Source of the DNA: a virus
Taxonomy: Duplodnaviria; Caudoviricetes
Direction: 5' to 3' (one strand)
DNA: 54,196 bases
IMG/VR virus record: IMGVR_UViG_3300034407_002255
Span: 1 to 54,196 of that record
The notes beneath the pieces are model-generated. The model saw only the letters and a program-made list of their open reading frames with translations, was not told the DNA's origin and made no database searches. The position numbers and the translations under genes were made by a program. Shown piece after piece: positions 20,801 to 28,929 of this stretch. The stretch's first letter is position 1; every line of letters starts with the position of its first letter.

Positions 20801-21470
20801 CGCAAATGCACAAGTGATACCTTTGAATGAAAATGTGTATTATGAAAAACCATTTATTGCTGCATCAGCAATTAATGAAACAAATGAAATGGCTGGTGAA
20901 AAATCAATGGAGATAAATTTAGAATTGAAGACAGATTTTGAAAATGTATCTCCAGTTATTGATACAGAGAGAATGACGGTATATGCTATTGCGAACAGAG
21001 TCAATAAAATTGATTCTTCTTCTGATGTGTTCCCGTCTTCGGAGTATATTCCATCAACAGAACCAGATGGTGATAACAATGAAGCGATATACTGCACCAA
21101 GAAAGCAACTCTCGCACAAGCAGCAACTTCACTGAAGGTATTCTTTGCTGCGAATAGGGATAATGACGCAGAGATTAAAGTATTGTATAAAATACTAAGG
21201 TCCGATGATGCGAGTGACTTTGATGAATTGGGATGGAGATTCTTTAATGATGGTGAAGCAATACCTGGCCTACCAGACCAAGCAACTAATCCATCACTTG
21301 GTAGAGATGATTTCCAAGAGTATTTGTTTACTGCTGGTGTGACTGATGATGGTATCGGTGACCCTCTTGATCCATTCATTGCGTTTGCGATTAAGATAGT
21401 TATGCAATCATCCAACTCTGCCGAACCACCAAGAATTAAAGACTTTAGAGCAATGGCATTGGCGACATAA
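14889..21470 (+). CDS. Large virion structural protein, VrlC/DUF4815-like
   Basis: MPQKTNLNVAPYYDDF..LFRPG..IQARELTQLQS, LARRTFDESGNY, RFTMKDIGKL..RI.NLEYYT.LSLLE, RFKSGFIVD.F, DPLAQTF, PRIKDFRAMALA. Confidence 0.88.
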   Translation: MPQKTNLNVAPYYDDFNESDNFVRTLFRPGFAIQARELTQLQSVLQNQLEQGFSHIFTDGTMIIPGQVTYSGGKDALRYVKLASTISGETIELDQFVDADNPVIVTGKTSGVQFMVIDVAAATSTDPATLFGHYITGNLQGTRDYNQNTDRDTLRGEVQQLDAAGFDRFVVDEELTANVAIQHGSTAFAIGDVCLKTEATEDTSVTDGRVTGLSTLAKISEGIYFTRGHFVKVDDQIIVVEKYNSKNISVRIGLQVNEEVVTPETDTTLLDNAQGSSNFAAKGAHRLKISLTLVSKALGSTDDANFYEIVRIKDGKAEKFARTTDYSIIEETLARRTFDESGNYTVRPFTFQIKESVDVSVGAENFEGAYTVGQTTDKGNVASDDLLALQISTGKAYVKGFEIEKIAPTVLDITKARSFNTVNAGVTAFEIGNYVAITNLHSTPDITFISGESTAFKEIQLYDTAIATRGSASGTKIGVARARTYQHQSGVAGQTDAVYRLYLFDIRPFTRITLSDTPSPSITSVATNGGSRITGNTSGATGFVFGSGTTGTTLILTNVAGTFQAGEKLKLSNSAETDQLIENSSNADLTVDRLVTFTFDQVRSVFMEDPDSGQDFTADIALTSVQTTASFIVLDGTDANASDSEDNIVTEQEGIPVSLNPAASGGTGSTVKQAKLEEAEKNLSLFKLAKRPVKTLLTATNNGVSDTQFTIRKQFVATTNSSGAVTVSAGANETFVSHSETDYTISILTGGTGSGKQGDIVSASTGFSGAGSATLTITNNAVFGTGAKLKIMATLLKTSVVQKTKTTKLMKQLKVVAGTTDAFGTRPSDKVISLGRADAFRLMAVFEGVDSSTDAAAPTISLTDVNGTFIRGEKIEGGTSQATARIVNTNTPLSLVYTSGNKTFVVGEEITAESSGATGTISAVTIGDKNITPNFLFDSGQRDNFYDISRIHRRPGIPAPVGRLLVIYDYLEHSSGDVITVDSYSDVANQMDYVDIPTYTATKVDPDAPAPTGEFPLYNVFDFRPTVEDAAGTSTDVSLVDEITGHSLDFFHRQYDGTGASPNNFLKPGSLVQADYEYYLPKRAVLDLDKEGFFNLTEGEPSEAPALPEMTDGAMKLAELFIPAYTFKPTDVVLRREKNQRFTMKDIGKLADRIGNLEYYTHLSLLERDAESFEITDANGLNRFKSGFIVDAFQGHRLGDVQHPDYNCSIDQENNELRPKTKNKNVTLIEKFSTDSERANSGYQKTGDLVTLPYTEVVASEQVYATRLERVTPVLLSHWNGKIELSPSGDNWFEVEIAPDLIINQEGNFDTVLAANRDAIGTIWNAWQTQWSGVVQSSSSQWWEGNSLVERTTQTVRSDQQRTGVQTDVVEKIDLESMGTRVISRAMLPFCRENTIEFTGTDFLPNTQLYPFFDRKDVAQFTKPAEGFSTSDASLIFGDALISSPSGKISGTFQIPDPKVAGNPRFRTGEVSFRLTSSPTNITSKDPQTAAEAIYHAVGVLETEQETILATRNAEVVRKDVVENTVVFSNVIDQRQIGTRQPPVPPSSDGDGDGDGDGGDGDPLAQTFMVDDVGGMFVTSCDIFFQARDDILPVTLELRNVINGYPGPKIMPFGRVVKEPSEITLTEDAKTATTFTFKSPVYLQQGFEYCICLLSNSPVYKVWIARMGETELQSTLTATQTGGTATAASNQLFAERTVSEQPALGVLFKSHNNRTWAPSLMEDLKYTLNRASFNASTGNFPVVNQVNPVKLLEKNPLIFQDGSNVVQVKHRDHQMYSTSNNVTLANVKSGASTTLASAITNDATSITLSDGTDFDNTSGKFSRDSSNTYFIKIGDEIITYQTISGAAITSATRGTNGTTAAAHAAGATVELFMLHKIPFTELNTTHTSLGNIGIDDYTITITTSAVIDGTGVTRAQNGETEVTATENILFDLAQYSISNMTVSGTNVVATKQNTTGTSPSGSQTSFVKTAAANAQVIPLNENVYYEKPFIAASAINETNEMAGEKSMEINLELKTDFENVSPVIDTERMTVYAIANRVNKIDSSSDVFPSSEYIPSTEPDGDNNEAIYCTKKATLAQAATSLKVFFAANRDNDAEIKVLYKILRSDDASDFDELGWRFFNDGEAIPGLPDQATNPSLGRDDFQEYLFTAGVTDDGIGDPLDPFIAFAIKIVMQSSNSAEPPRIKDFRAMALAT

Positions 21471-21471
21471 A

Positions 21472-21699
21472 ATGGATGATTTCGTAAAGGTTAAAGACTC
21501 ACCTCATTTATCTCGGGATGAGCATTCTCAAGCAATTGTTAATACGGACACAACTGCTTATGAGAGGGCGATTAAAAGAGCAAAGGCAGCTCAAGCACAG
21601 AGAGATGAGTTAAGGGAGGCGTCGAGGGAGATAAATACTTTGAAGTGTGAGATGCACGAAATCAAAAGTCTGTTACAACAACTAGTGAGTAAAGAATAA
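21472..21699 (+). CDS. Small coiled-coil hypothetical protein following the VrlC-like gene
   Basis: VKVK..PHL.RD..S.AIVNTD, C-terminal EINTLK.EMHEIKSLLQQL. Confidence 0.8.
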   Translation: MDDFVKVKDSPHLSRDEHSQAIVNTDTTAYERAIKRAKAAQAQRDELREASREINTLKCEMHEIKSLLQQLVSKE

Positions 21700-23273
21700 T
21701 GCCAACAGTTACAGCATCAGTAGTAGGGACAGGAGACTCTTTAGAGACTTTTCGTCAACAGTTTAATAATCTTAGAACGGATGTTTCTGGATTATCATTT
21801 AGTTCCACTCTTATTTTTGAGGGATCAGTGGCAGATGATTTTGAGACAACTCTATCCGTGACAAACCCGACTGCTGATCGTACTATCACAATTCCTGATA
21901 AATCTGATACGATTGCACTGCTCGGTGATTTGGGAGATGTTGTTCTTCTAAATGGAACGGATAGTTCTGGTACAGATGCCGGTGATAATCTTGTTCTTGA
22001 TGGTCCGGCAGTTGATGTGGGTGATCAAATTTTATTTGAGGATGCTACGGGTGATCACTTAGAAAATCCAGCGGTTCGCAATGAGGTAGACATTCTTTTG
22101 GAAACTTCTACTTTTGCGAAAAAAGATTTTCTTTTAGATGAACGTGATAGCGACAGAATAGAATTTGAGAGTGCAACACAAGACCCTCTTATTGGTGGTC
22201 TTTTTGTTCCACCAGCTGGAGGTGGTCCACAGTTTACGATGCCGACTTCTGATGGTCTAGCAAACCAAATTCTAGGAACAGATGGTTCTGGTAACCTTTC
22301 TTTCATTAACCAATCTTCGGGACTGTCACTTGCCAATGATGGAAACAATAGGGTCATCACTGCAACAGGGGCTAACTCTGGTAACGGTGAGGCTAACCTT
22401 TTATTTGATGGGTCAACTCTTACAGTCACAGGAAATATCACCGTGCCTGATGATGGCGACATTGGTTCAGTCAGCGCAACAAATGCGATACAGATTTCTT
22501 CCGGTGGTATTGTAACCTTTGTAGATGATATTAAGATTAAGGATGGCGGTACAATTGGCGTTGCGTCAGCTGCCGATGCTATGACCATTTCGTCTGCTGG
22601 TATTGTTACCTTTAAGGATGATATCCTTATTAAGGATGCCGGGACAATTGGTTCTGCCTCTGACCCAGATGCGATTTCTATTGGTTCGGATGGTGATGTA
22701 ACACTGACTCAAGATTTAGAGCTGCAACATGATGGTGCAACAGTTGCCTTTGGCAGTAATGATGAAATTACAATAACGCATGTTCATAACTCTGGATTAA
22801 CTATAACCAATACTGTAAACGGTACAGATGACAGTCCTGTTGTACTACAATTGAAATCAGAAGAAGATGCAATTGTTGCCGATGATGTTATTGCTTCTAT
22901 TGAAATGGCCGCGGGTGATTCTGATGGGACAGATGGTGCGACTGTTGCTGCTGGTATTCATGCAATTGCAGAGGGTACATTTTCTGCTAGTGCAAACGCA
23001 ACAAAACTAGTATTTACAACTGGTGTCTCTGAGACTGCTGCCGCCTCTGCTACTGCTAAGATGACATTAAGTTCAGCAGGGCTATTGACAATTGCTGATG
23101 ATTTACTTATTAAGAATAGTGGGACTATTGGCACCGCTGCTGATAGTGATCTTTTAACTTTAGGAAATGGTAATTTGACTGTCGCTGGTACAGTTACCGC
23201 TACAGCGGGTTCTACTTTGTTAATTAAGGACTCGGGTGGAAGTACTGTGAAGACTGTGAAGGGAATAAGTTAA
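21699..23273 (+). CDS. Putative fibre protein with ~30 aa internal repeats
   Basis: D.LETFRQQFN N-terminus, PTADRTITIP module, MPTSDG.ANQILGTDGSGNLSF, repeated DDxxIKDxGTIG. Confidence 0.75.
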   Translation: MPTVTASVVGTGDSLETFRQQFNNLRTDVSGLSFSSTLIFEGSVADDFETTLSVTNPTADRTITIPDKSDTIALLGDLGDVVLLNGTDSSGTDAGDNLVLDGPAVDVGDQILFEDATGDHLENPAVRNEVDILLETSTFAKKDFLLDERDSDRIEFESATQDPLIGGLFVPPAGGGPQFTMPTSDGLANQILGTDGSGNLSFINQSSGLSLANDGNNRVITATGANSGNGEANLLFDGSTLTVTGNITVPDDGDIGSVSATNAIQISSGGIVTFVDDIKIKDGGTIGVASAADAMTISSAGIVTFKDDILIKDAGTIGSASDPDAISIGSDGDVTLTQDLELQHDGATVAFGSNDEITITHVHNSGLTITNTVNGTDDSPVVLQLKSEEDAIVADDVIASIEMAAGDSDGTDGATVAAGIHAIAEGTFSASANATKLVFTTGVSETAAASATAKMTLSSAGLLTIADDLLIKNSGTIGTAADSDLLTLGNGNLTVAGTVTATAGSTLLIKDSGGSTVKTVKGIS

Positions 23274-24235
23274 TGGCGTCTGTTCGTCCTTTATATCAAA
23301 GTTCTGGTAATTTATTTGAAATGACTGACGGTGAAATTACCCAGTGGAGGACCATTGCTCAGTTTGGTTATGCTGCAAGTCCAACTGCTGTTTTAACAGT
23401 TGTGTCAAACAGTGGTGCGTTAATTGATGGTATGAGCGATACAAGATTACAAGCTGGTTCTGCATCACAAGCAGCTGCTTCATTCGTTGCAGAGGGTAGT
23501 ACTGCTGAACCAAGTACAGTTACCGTTGCATTTGATAAAATTAATCTCGCATATACTGCAAGTGGAAGTATAAGTAAAACTGCTGATTCTGGCACCAGTT
23601 ATCCAGTATATTATGACAGCTCAGCAGGAGCAGTTCGAGCGATGAGCCTAACTGATTTGTTGGACACATTTATTCATCCTCAAGTTGATAATATGATTGC
23701 TGCAACTGAGTCCGATGCGACAGCAGGAACATATACGATAAACACAGCAACCTCGGTAGGAGGATACACAGAGGTTTCTGGAGCAAACACAGCAGTTTTT
23801 ATTGATACGAGAGCCAATACGGGTGCATATTCTGCTGCTGGTATTCCAGAAACTTTAGATCAACCCACAACTGTTCAAAACTACTATCTCCATAGAAGAA
23901 ATCTTTCTGATCCCGGCGATGCTGATAGAACTCCGTTGTTTATTAATGGTGACAATGACTTACAAGAATTTGTTCAGGCGGATATGGATTCGTTACTAGC
24001 AGGGTGGTTAAGATTTACAGCGGCACATTCTACTGATGGTTATAAAATAACTTATTCTGTGGGAACATCTGGAAGTGGTAATGTTCGTGGGTCAACAATG
24101 ACAGATACGAAGTTAGATGGCTCTGGAAATTATCAAACACTTCAAGCCGGAGTTGACGATTATAGATCACAAGAATTTCCCAATGGTTCTGCTGCAACTA
24201 TCAACTCGTATAATCTAAGAATAAATAAGTCATAA
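23273..24235 (+). CDS. Putative virion structural protein
   Basis: Ala/Ser/Thr/Gly-rich, coupled to fibre gene (TAATG), three-fold internal repeat. Confidence 0.7.
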   Translation: MASVRPLYQSSGNLFEMTDGEITQWRTIAQFGYAASPTAVLTVVSNSGALIDGMSDTRLQAGSASQAAASFVAEGSTAEPSTVTVAFDKINLAYTASGSISKTADSGTSYPVYYDSSAGAVRAMSLTDLLDTFIHPQVDNMIAATESDATAGTYTINTATSVGGYTEVSGANTAVFIDTRANTGAYSAAGIPETLDQPTTVQNYYLHRRNLSDPGDADRTPLFINGDNDLQEFVQADMDSLLAGWLRFTAAHSTDGYKITYSVGTSGSGNVRGSTMTDTKLDGSGNYQTLQAGVDDYRSQEFPNGSAATINSYNLRINKS

Positions 24236-24238
24236 ATA
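24231..24238 (+). promoter_or_regulatory. Late promoter variant CATAAATA at head of enzyme cluster
   Basis: One mismatch to TATAAATA, followed by AGGAG SD and ATG 24258. Confidence 0.6.
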
Positions 24239-24257
24239 GGTGTAGGAGAAATGAATT

Positions 24258-24851
24258 ATGGCATATGAAGGTAAAGAGACTGACGCATATTTTGAGAATG
24301 GTGAACCCAAGTTCCCATTTGTTGGTCAAATTGTGGAAGCGTACTACACTGATCCAGAGTTGAAACACATTTGTATTGTTTACAACTATAAAGTTCCAGA
24401 AGATGGTGTTCACACAGATCGTGATGGAAACCCTAATGGTGGACAAATTGATACCACAGTTTATAATATTATGATTGAAGATAAAGAAGACGAGCGTCTT
24501 CTTGCTTTGTTGGAAGAGTTTAGTTGGGAAGCCATTGACGAATGCACAAGGACTCGTCACGAAAACCATAGACAAGAATTTAGAGATGCATTTCATCGTT
24601 ACGCCACCGAAAACAATATGTACGGTCATGGACTAGATGCGGGCTTTAAAGATGAAACACAAGGGAGTTTAGAAATATTATTTAATTATGATCCCGATAA
24701 CTCTGAACATAAAGAAGCGTTGTTCAAATTAAAATTGAGAATGTTTGAGGTGCCGGAAGTGAAAGAGAGTAGGAAGAAAAAAGCAAAAGCTGAAATCCGT
24801 AAGTCAGATACTCCAGTTCAGGCTGTAAAGGCATTCGCATCATTCTTTTAA
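24258..24851 (+). CDS. Hypothetical protein
   Basis: 197 aa, AGGAG SD; helical basic C-terminus LFKLKLRMFE.PEVKES. Confidence 0.8.
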   Translation: MAYEGKETDAYFENGEPKFPFVGQIVEAYYTDPELKHICIVYNYKVPEDGVHTDRDGNPNGGQIDTTVYNIMIEDKEDERLLALLEEFSWEAIDECTRTRHENHRQEFRDAFHRYATENNMYGHGLDAGFKDETQGSLEILFNYDPDNSEHKEALFKLKLRMFEVPEVKESRKKKAKAEIRKSDTPVQAVKAFASFF

Positions 24852-24857
24852 TAACAT

Positions 24858-25445
24858 ATGAACAAACCAATCTTTATAGATTTTGGTTGTGGTCCAAATA
24901 CAAAACACTTAATCAGATATAGAAAAAAAGGTTATTATGTAATTTCAGTTGACAGGTCTGAACAAGATTTATATGAAAACTCAGACATAAAAGATATTAG
25001 TTATTACGAACTTGTGTCTGACGAAATATCTTTCTTTGACATAACAGACCTTTCAAAGAAAACAAATTATCCAGCTGATGTGTGGAATTGTGGCGCTGTT
25101 ATGGAACACATTGAACCAAACCAAATAGACCCGTTTCTATATGGCATCAAAAATAATTGCAAAAAAGGATCACGGGGAGTCATATATATAGATTTAACAG
25201 ATCATTTTGGTGGGTTTGATCATCGTGTTAACCCAGAAAAATATAATCATTTTATTAAAAATGCGTATGAAGAAATAGAGTGGTTCGATATTATAGGAAG
25301 ACATTTTGAAATAGAAGAGTGGTGGCGGCGTTTTAAATCAAATATTTCTTCAGAGGGTTTTGTTACAATTAGAGGCCCAAAGAATAAATTTCAAATTTCA
25401 AACTCTGGTAACTGTATAGCACTCTCATTTTATGTTTTTGTGTGA
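24858..25445 (+). CDS. Class I SAM-dependent methyltransferase
   Basis: FIDFGCG motif I, VISVD, AVMEHI. Confidence 0.8.
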   Translation: MNKPIFIDFGCGPNTKHLIRYRKKGYYVISVDRSEQDLYENSDIKDISYYELVSDEISFFDITDLSKKTNYPADVWNCGAVMEHIEPNQIDPFLYGIKNNCKKGSRGVIYIDLTDHFGGFDHRVNPEKYNHFIKNAYEEIEWFDIIGRHFEIEEWWRRFKSNISSEGFVTIRGPKNKFQISNSGNCIALSFYVFV

Positions 25446-25453
25446 GGAATTAT

Positions 25454-26245
25454 ATGACTGAAAATACAATATTATGTGTTAATTGGGGAGACAAGTACGG
25501 TAAAGAATATGTTGAAAAATTGAAACAACAATGCGAAGAAAACTGTTCAATTCCTTTTAATTTTTATTGTCTCACTGATAATCCAGTTAATGATTATGAC
25601 CTTCTTCTCCCTACTGATTGGGACGATTATGAGGGTAAACATAGTCGTTATAGAAATGAACAAGCTCCATCAAACATGTGGGCGTATAGAAAACTCTACA
25701 TTTTTAAGATAGGAAAAAGAACAGAGGGCCGTGGTGGATATACACAGTCCATGATCGACTTTAAAAAGATTGAGGGTGACAAGTTTTTATATCTTGATCT
25801 AGATGTTATCATTCACCAAGACTTAAAATATTTCTTTGACCTTGATATGGAAAGACCTTGGATAGTTCGGGGTTGGTGGAATGACACAAATGAGTGCCGT
25901 AAAAATTATGCTGCGATGAAATCAACACCTATCAATTCATCTGTAATAAGATGGGACAGAGAACAACTCAATAAAATATATTATCACATAGCTAATAATT
26001 TAGATGTTTTGTTTTTCACATATCCAACCATTGATAACTATCTAAATCATTTTTGGTATGACATGTTGGATGATGATAAATCATTCTTTTCTGTTTTTCC
26101 TCAAGGTGATGTGTATTCATATTATCGTGGTAATATATGGCCTGATGATTTAGAGGAGAAAAAAATAAGATTGGATCACAAAATATGTTTATTTAATAAC
26201 AGTGCAGAGACAAATGATATTGAGGAGTTGAAGTCGTTATGGTAA
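25454..26245 (+). CDS. GT-A fold glycosyltransferase-like protein
   Basis: ILCVNWGDKYG.EYV, F.FYCLTD, LYLDLDVII (DxD), INSSVIRW; ATG 25454 has GAGG SD. Confidence 0.8.
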   Translation: MTENTILCVNWGDKYGKEYVEKLKQQCEENCSIPFNFYCLTDNPVNDYDLLLPTDWDDYEGKHSRYRNEQAPSNMWAYRKLYIFKIGKRTEGRGGYTQSMIDFKKIEGDKFLYLDLDVIIHQDLKYFFDLDMERPWIVRGWWNDTNECRKNYAAMKSTPINSSVIRWDREQLNKIYYHIANNLDVLFFTYPTIDNYLNHFWYDMLDDDKSFFSVFPQGDVYSYYRGNIWPDDLEEKKIRLDHKICLFNNSAETNDIEELKSLW

Positions 26246-26943
26246 TTTTAGGAGAGGATGGTTATAACTTGCATTTACAATTTACACCAGAACTAGCAAA
26301 CGATTGGAAGAACGCCATGTTGGCTTCTGTTGAAGTTCCTTATTTACTTCAAAGGGTAATGACTTCAATGAATGCCTCACAGTTAGAGAGTAAGATTTGG
26401 TTGGTTCAAACTCTAAAGGTGTTGGATAATAAACTTGGATTTAATCCTAGAAGGGTTGCATTACTCGCTGGTTGGTTTGGTCAATACATTGTTCCTCTTA
26501 TGTTCGATACGTTTGATAATTGCAAATGGATTGAAAACTTTGAGATTGATAATGATGTTTCTCCTATAAGCTACAAGTTCAATAAAAGATATAAAGATGA
26601 AAACAAATATAAAATGAACATTAGAAATATTATGACAAAACCAATGAGGATAAAAAGTAATCCTAATATTGCTGTTCCCCCAGAGGATATTTTTGATATC
26701 GTTATTAATTGTTCGTGTGAACACATGTTCCCGATGTGGAAATTTAGAGAGATGAACGAGAGATTTCATGGGCGACCTTTATATGTTTTGCAGTCATCAA
26801 ATGCAACACAGCATGAGGACCATATCAATTGTGTCGAGTCTGTGGATGAGTTGATTGAGCAAGCACAAATAAAGGACGTATTATTTTCTGGATCAAAGGT
26901 ATTGCCGAATGATAGCACAAGGTTTATGGTAATTGGAAAATGA
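26239..26943 (+). CDS. Methyltransferase-like (Rossmann fold) protein
   Basis: QLESKIWL, VALLAGWFG, FEID, DIVINCSCEHM, LQSSN, HINC, RFMVIG. Confidence 0.65.
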   Translation: MVILGEDGYNLHLQFTPELANDWKNAMLASVEVPYLLQRVMTSMNASQLESKIWLVQTLKVLDNKLGFNPRRVALLAGWFGQYIVPLMFDTFDNCKWIENFEIDNDVSPISYKFNKRYKDENKYKMNIRNIMTKPMRIKSNPNIAVPPEDIFDIVINCSCEHMFPMWKFREMNERFHGRPLYVLQSSNATQHEDHINCVESVDELIEQAQIKDVLFSGSKVLPNDSTRFMVIGK

Positions 26944-27635
26944 ACCCTGTAGAGTGGTGCAGAAAAAATGATGTGTGGTATTTGAAAATAGATTTAGACA
27001 TTCCAGAGATCATTATTAAAGAAGCTCAAGCAGTCTACGATGAGGGTTTTTTTGTTCCACACCGACTACAAGATGGTGATGAGTGGTGGTCTTCTTCTCT
27101 TCATGGATTTGTCCCAGAAACCGATAATGATACTTCAATGGGATGGCATTACACTAAGAATCCGTCTGGTCATGGACTCACTGAAGATACAGTAAAGTGG
27201 GGATGGACTGAAGTTGCCGAGGTCGCACCAGAGATGAAGAGGTGGTTAGAAGATTTTCCACACAAACACTACAGGCGTTGTAGGTTTATGTTGATAAAAC
27301 CAGGCGGTAGTATCACTGCACATCATGACGCTGGAGACGCTAGAATAAATGAGGGCCGGCAGAGAAACATTTCAGCGGCAATCAATCTTGCAATCTATCA
27401 ACCAGAAAATTGTTACTTGAGAAGAGTCGACACAAAAGAGGAACTACCATTTGAAAATTGCACTGGTTTCTGGTTTGACAATGGGGTCACCCATGAGGCA
27501 CTAAACAGTTCAGATGAAAATCGTTTTCACTTTATTATTCATGGGGGATCGAATAAAGAGAGAATTGAATTGATGAAACGATCTATGGTGAAACAGTTTG
27601 GCAAGAGTGTGTTGAAAGAGATAGCCCATGACTAA
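26940..27635 (+). CDS. Aspartyl/asparaginyl beta-hydroxylase-like 2OG-Fe(II) oxygenase
   Basis: RCRFMLIKPGGSITAHHD...WFDNGVTHEALNSSDENRFHFIIHG. Confidence 0.85.
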   Translation: MNPVEWCRKNDVWYLKIDLDIPEIIIKEAQAVYDEGFFVPHRLQDGDEWWSSSLHGFVPETDNDTSMGWHYTKNPSGHGLTEDTVKWGWTEVAEVAPEMKRWLEDFPHKHYRRCRFMLIKPGGSITAHHDAGDARINEGRQRNISAAINLAIYQPENCYLRRVDTKEELPFENCTGFWFDNGVTHEALNSSDENRFHFIIHGGSNKERIELMKRSMVKQFGKSVLKEIAHD

Positions 27636-28929
27636 GTTGAAAGATTTAAAATGGTTCTGTCCTCAACCATTCACTAATTATGTTTTGTATAGAGACTTAG
27701 CGCCACTATCTTGTTGTGTATTAAAAGAGTGGCCACGAAATAAAATAAAACGAAAATACAAAACAAATGATCCTAGAAAATTACACAATGAAGCTGAATA
27801 TGCAGATTTTAGAAAAGAGTTTTTAAACGGTGGTGGACCACTAACAAATAAACATTGTCAAGTATGCATCGAGCAAGAAAAGCATTCAGGCGAAAGTCAC
27901 CGAAAAGTTTATCTTGAAAAGTTCATAGAGGAGCATGGTGAGTATAATCAGTATCTAGAAGATTTAGAGAACTACATTGACACAGACATGACAGAACCCC
28001 ATATCTTAACTATGGAGTATGTTGCACCAAGTAATTTTTGTAATCTAAGGTGTAATATGTGTGGGCCTGCAAACTCTTCATCCTTGGCAAAGGAAAATAT
28101 AGATATTGGATTAACTAATCTGTTTCAGATGGAAAAATACAAAGATAATCCTTTGCAAAAAATAAAAGACAACGTAGAAAAATATGATGATATTCTTGTT
28201 AACTTGGCTGAATTAAAATTAGTAGGTGGAGAAACGTTAGCAATAAAAGATAATTACGACATGATACAACGAACCATAGATTTGGGCGTAAGTAAAAACA
28301 TGGTGTTGAAGATTACTACAAACGGCACTCTGACTCCCAAGTTTGATGGTAAAGATATATTTCATTACATCCCATATTTTAGAGGATGCACTATGACAGT
28401 ATCCATAGAATTTTGGGGCAAGAGAAACAATTATCTAAGGTTTCCATCAAAATGGGATGTGATAATAAACAATGCTAAAAGATTTGCTGAATGTCCAAAT
28501 ACGAACGTAATGTTTGCAACCACAGTGAATGCATTGAACATAGGATACATGCCTGAAATTTCATGTGGAGTTAAGGAGTTGATGAGTAAGTGTGATGAGC
28601 CATCAGTAAATTTTAAAGAAACTTTTTCAATTCCTAAATGGTCATGGGCTTCTGGAAGTTTAGTGTGGGGTGAGGGAAATGAATACGCAGTGACAGCTTT
28701 ACCGTTGGACATTCGTGAGCAATACATGGAAAAATATTTTGATTTCGGACCAAAGATAAAAGGAGATTATAGTCATTTTCAAAAGTTGTATGCGTATATG
28801 GAAGAGATGCCCTTTGATGAAAAATTACACAAAGAGATGATGACAAACGTTCAATTGAGAGATAAGCACAGAGGAACTTGTTTGGTTGATGTGTTTCCAG
28901 AGTGGGAGCCATACTATGAAAAACTTTGA
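27628..28929 (+). CDS. Radical SAM protein with N-terminal Cys-rich (twitch-like) region
   Basis: CNLRCNMC, GGET, ITTNGT; N-terminal FCPQPF..SCC..HCQVC. Confidence 0.9.
   Translation: MTKLKDLKWFCPQPFTNYVLYRDLAPLSCCVLKEWPRNKIKRKYKTNDPRKLHNEAEYADFRKEFLNGGGPLTNKHCQVCIEQEKHSGESHRKVYLEKFIEEHGEYNQYLEDLENYIDTDMTEPHILTMEYVAPSNFCNLRCNMCGPANSSSLAKENIDIGLTNLFQMEKYKDNPLQKIKDNVEKYDDILVNLAELKLVGGETLAIKDNYDMIQRTIDLGVSKNMVLKITTNGTLTPKFDGKDIFHYIPYFRGCTMTVSIEFWGKRNNYLRFPSKWDVIINNAKRFAECPNTNVMFATTVNALNIGYMPEISCGVKELMSKCDEPSVNFKETFSIPKWSWASGSLVWGEGNEYAVTALPLDIREQYMEKYFDFGPKIKGDYSHFQKLYAYMEEMPFDEKLHKEMMTNVQLRDKHRGTCLVDVFPEWEPYYEKL

Noticed and set aside
21630-21637. GATAAATA as a late promoter for the fibre gene
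   Set aside because: Lies inside a coding region with a mismatch, and the gene is already translationally coupled; insufficient support
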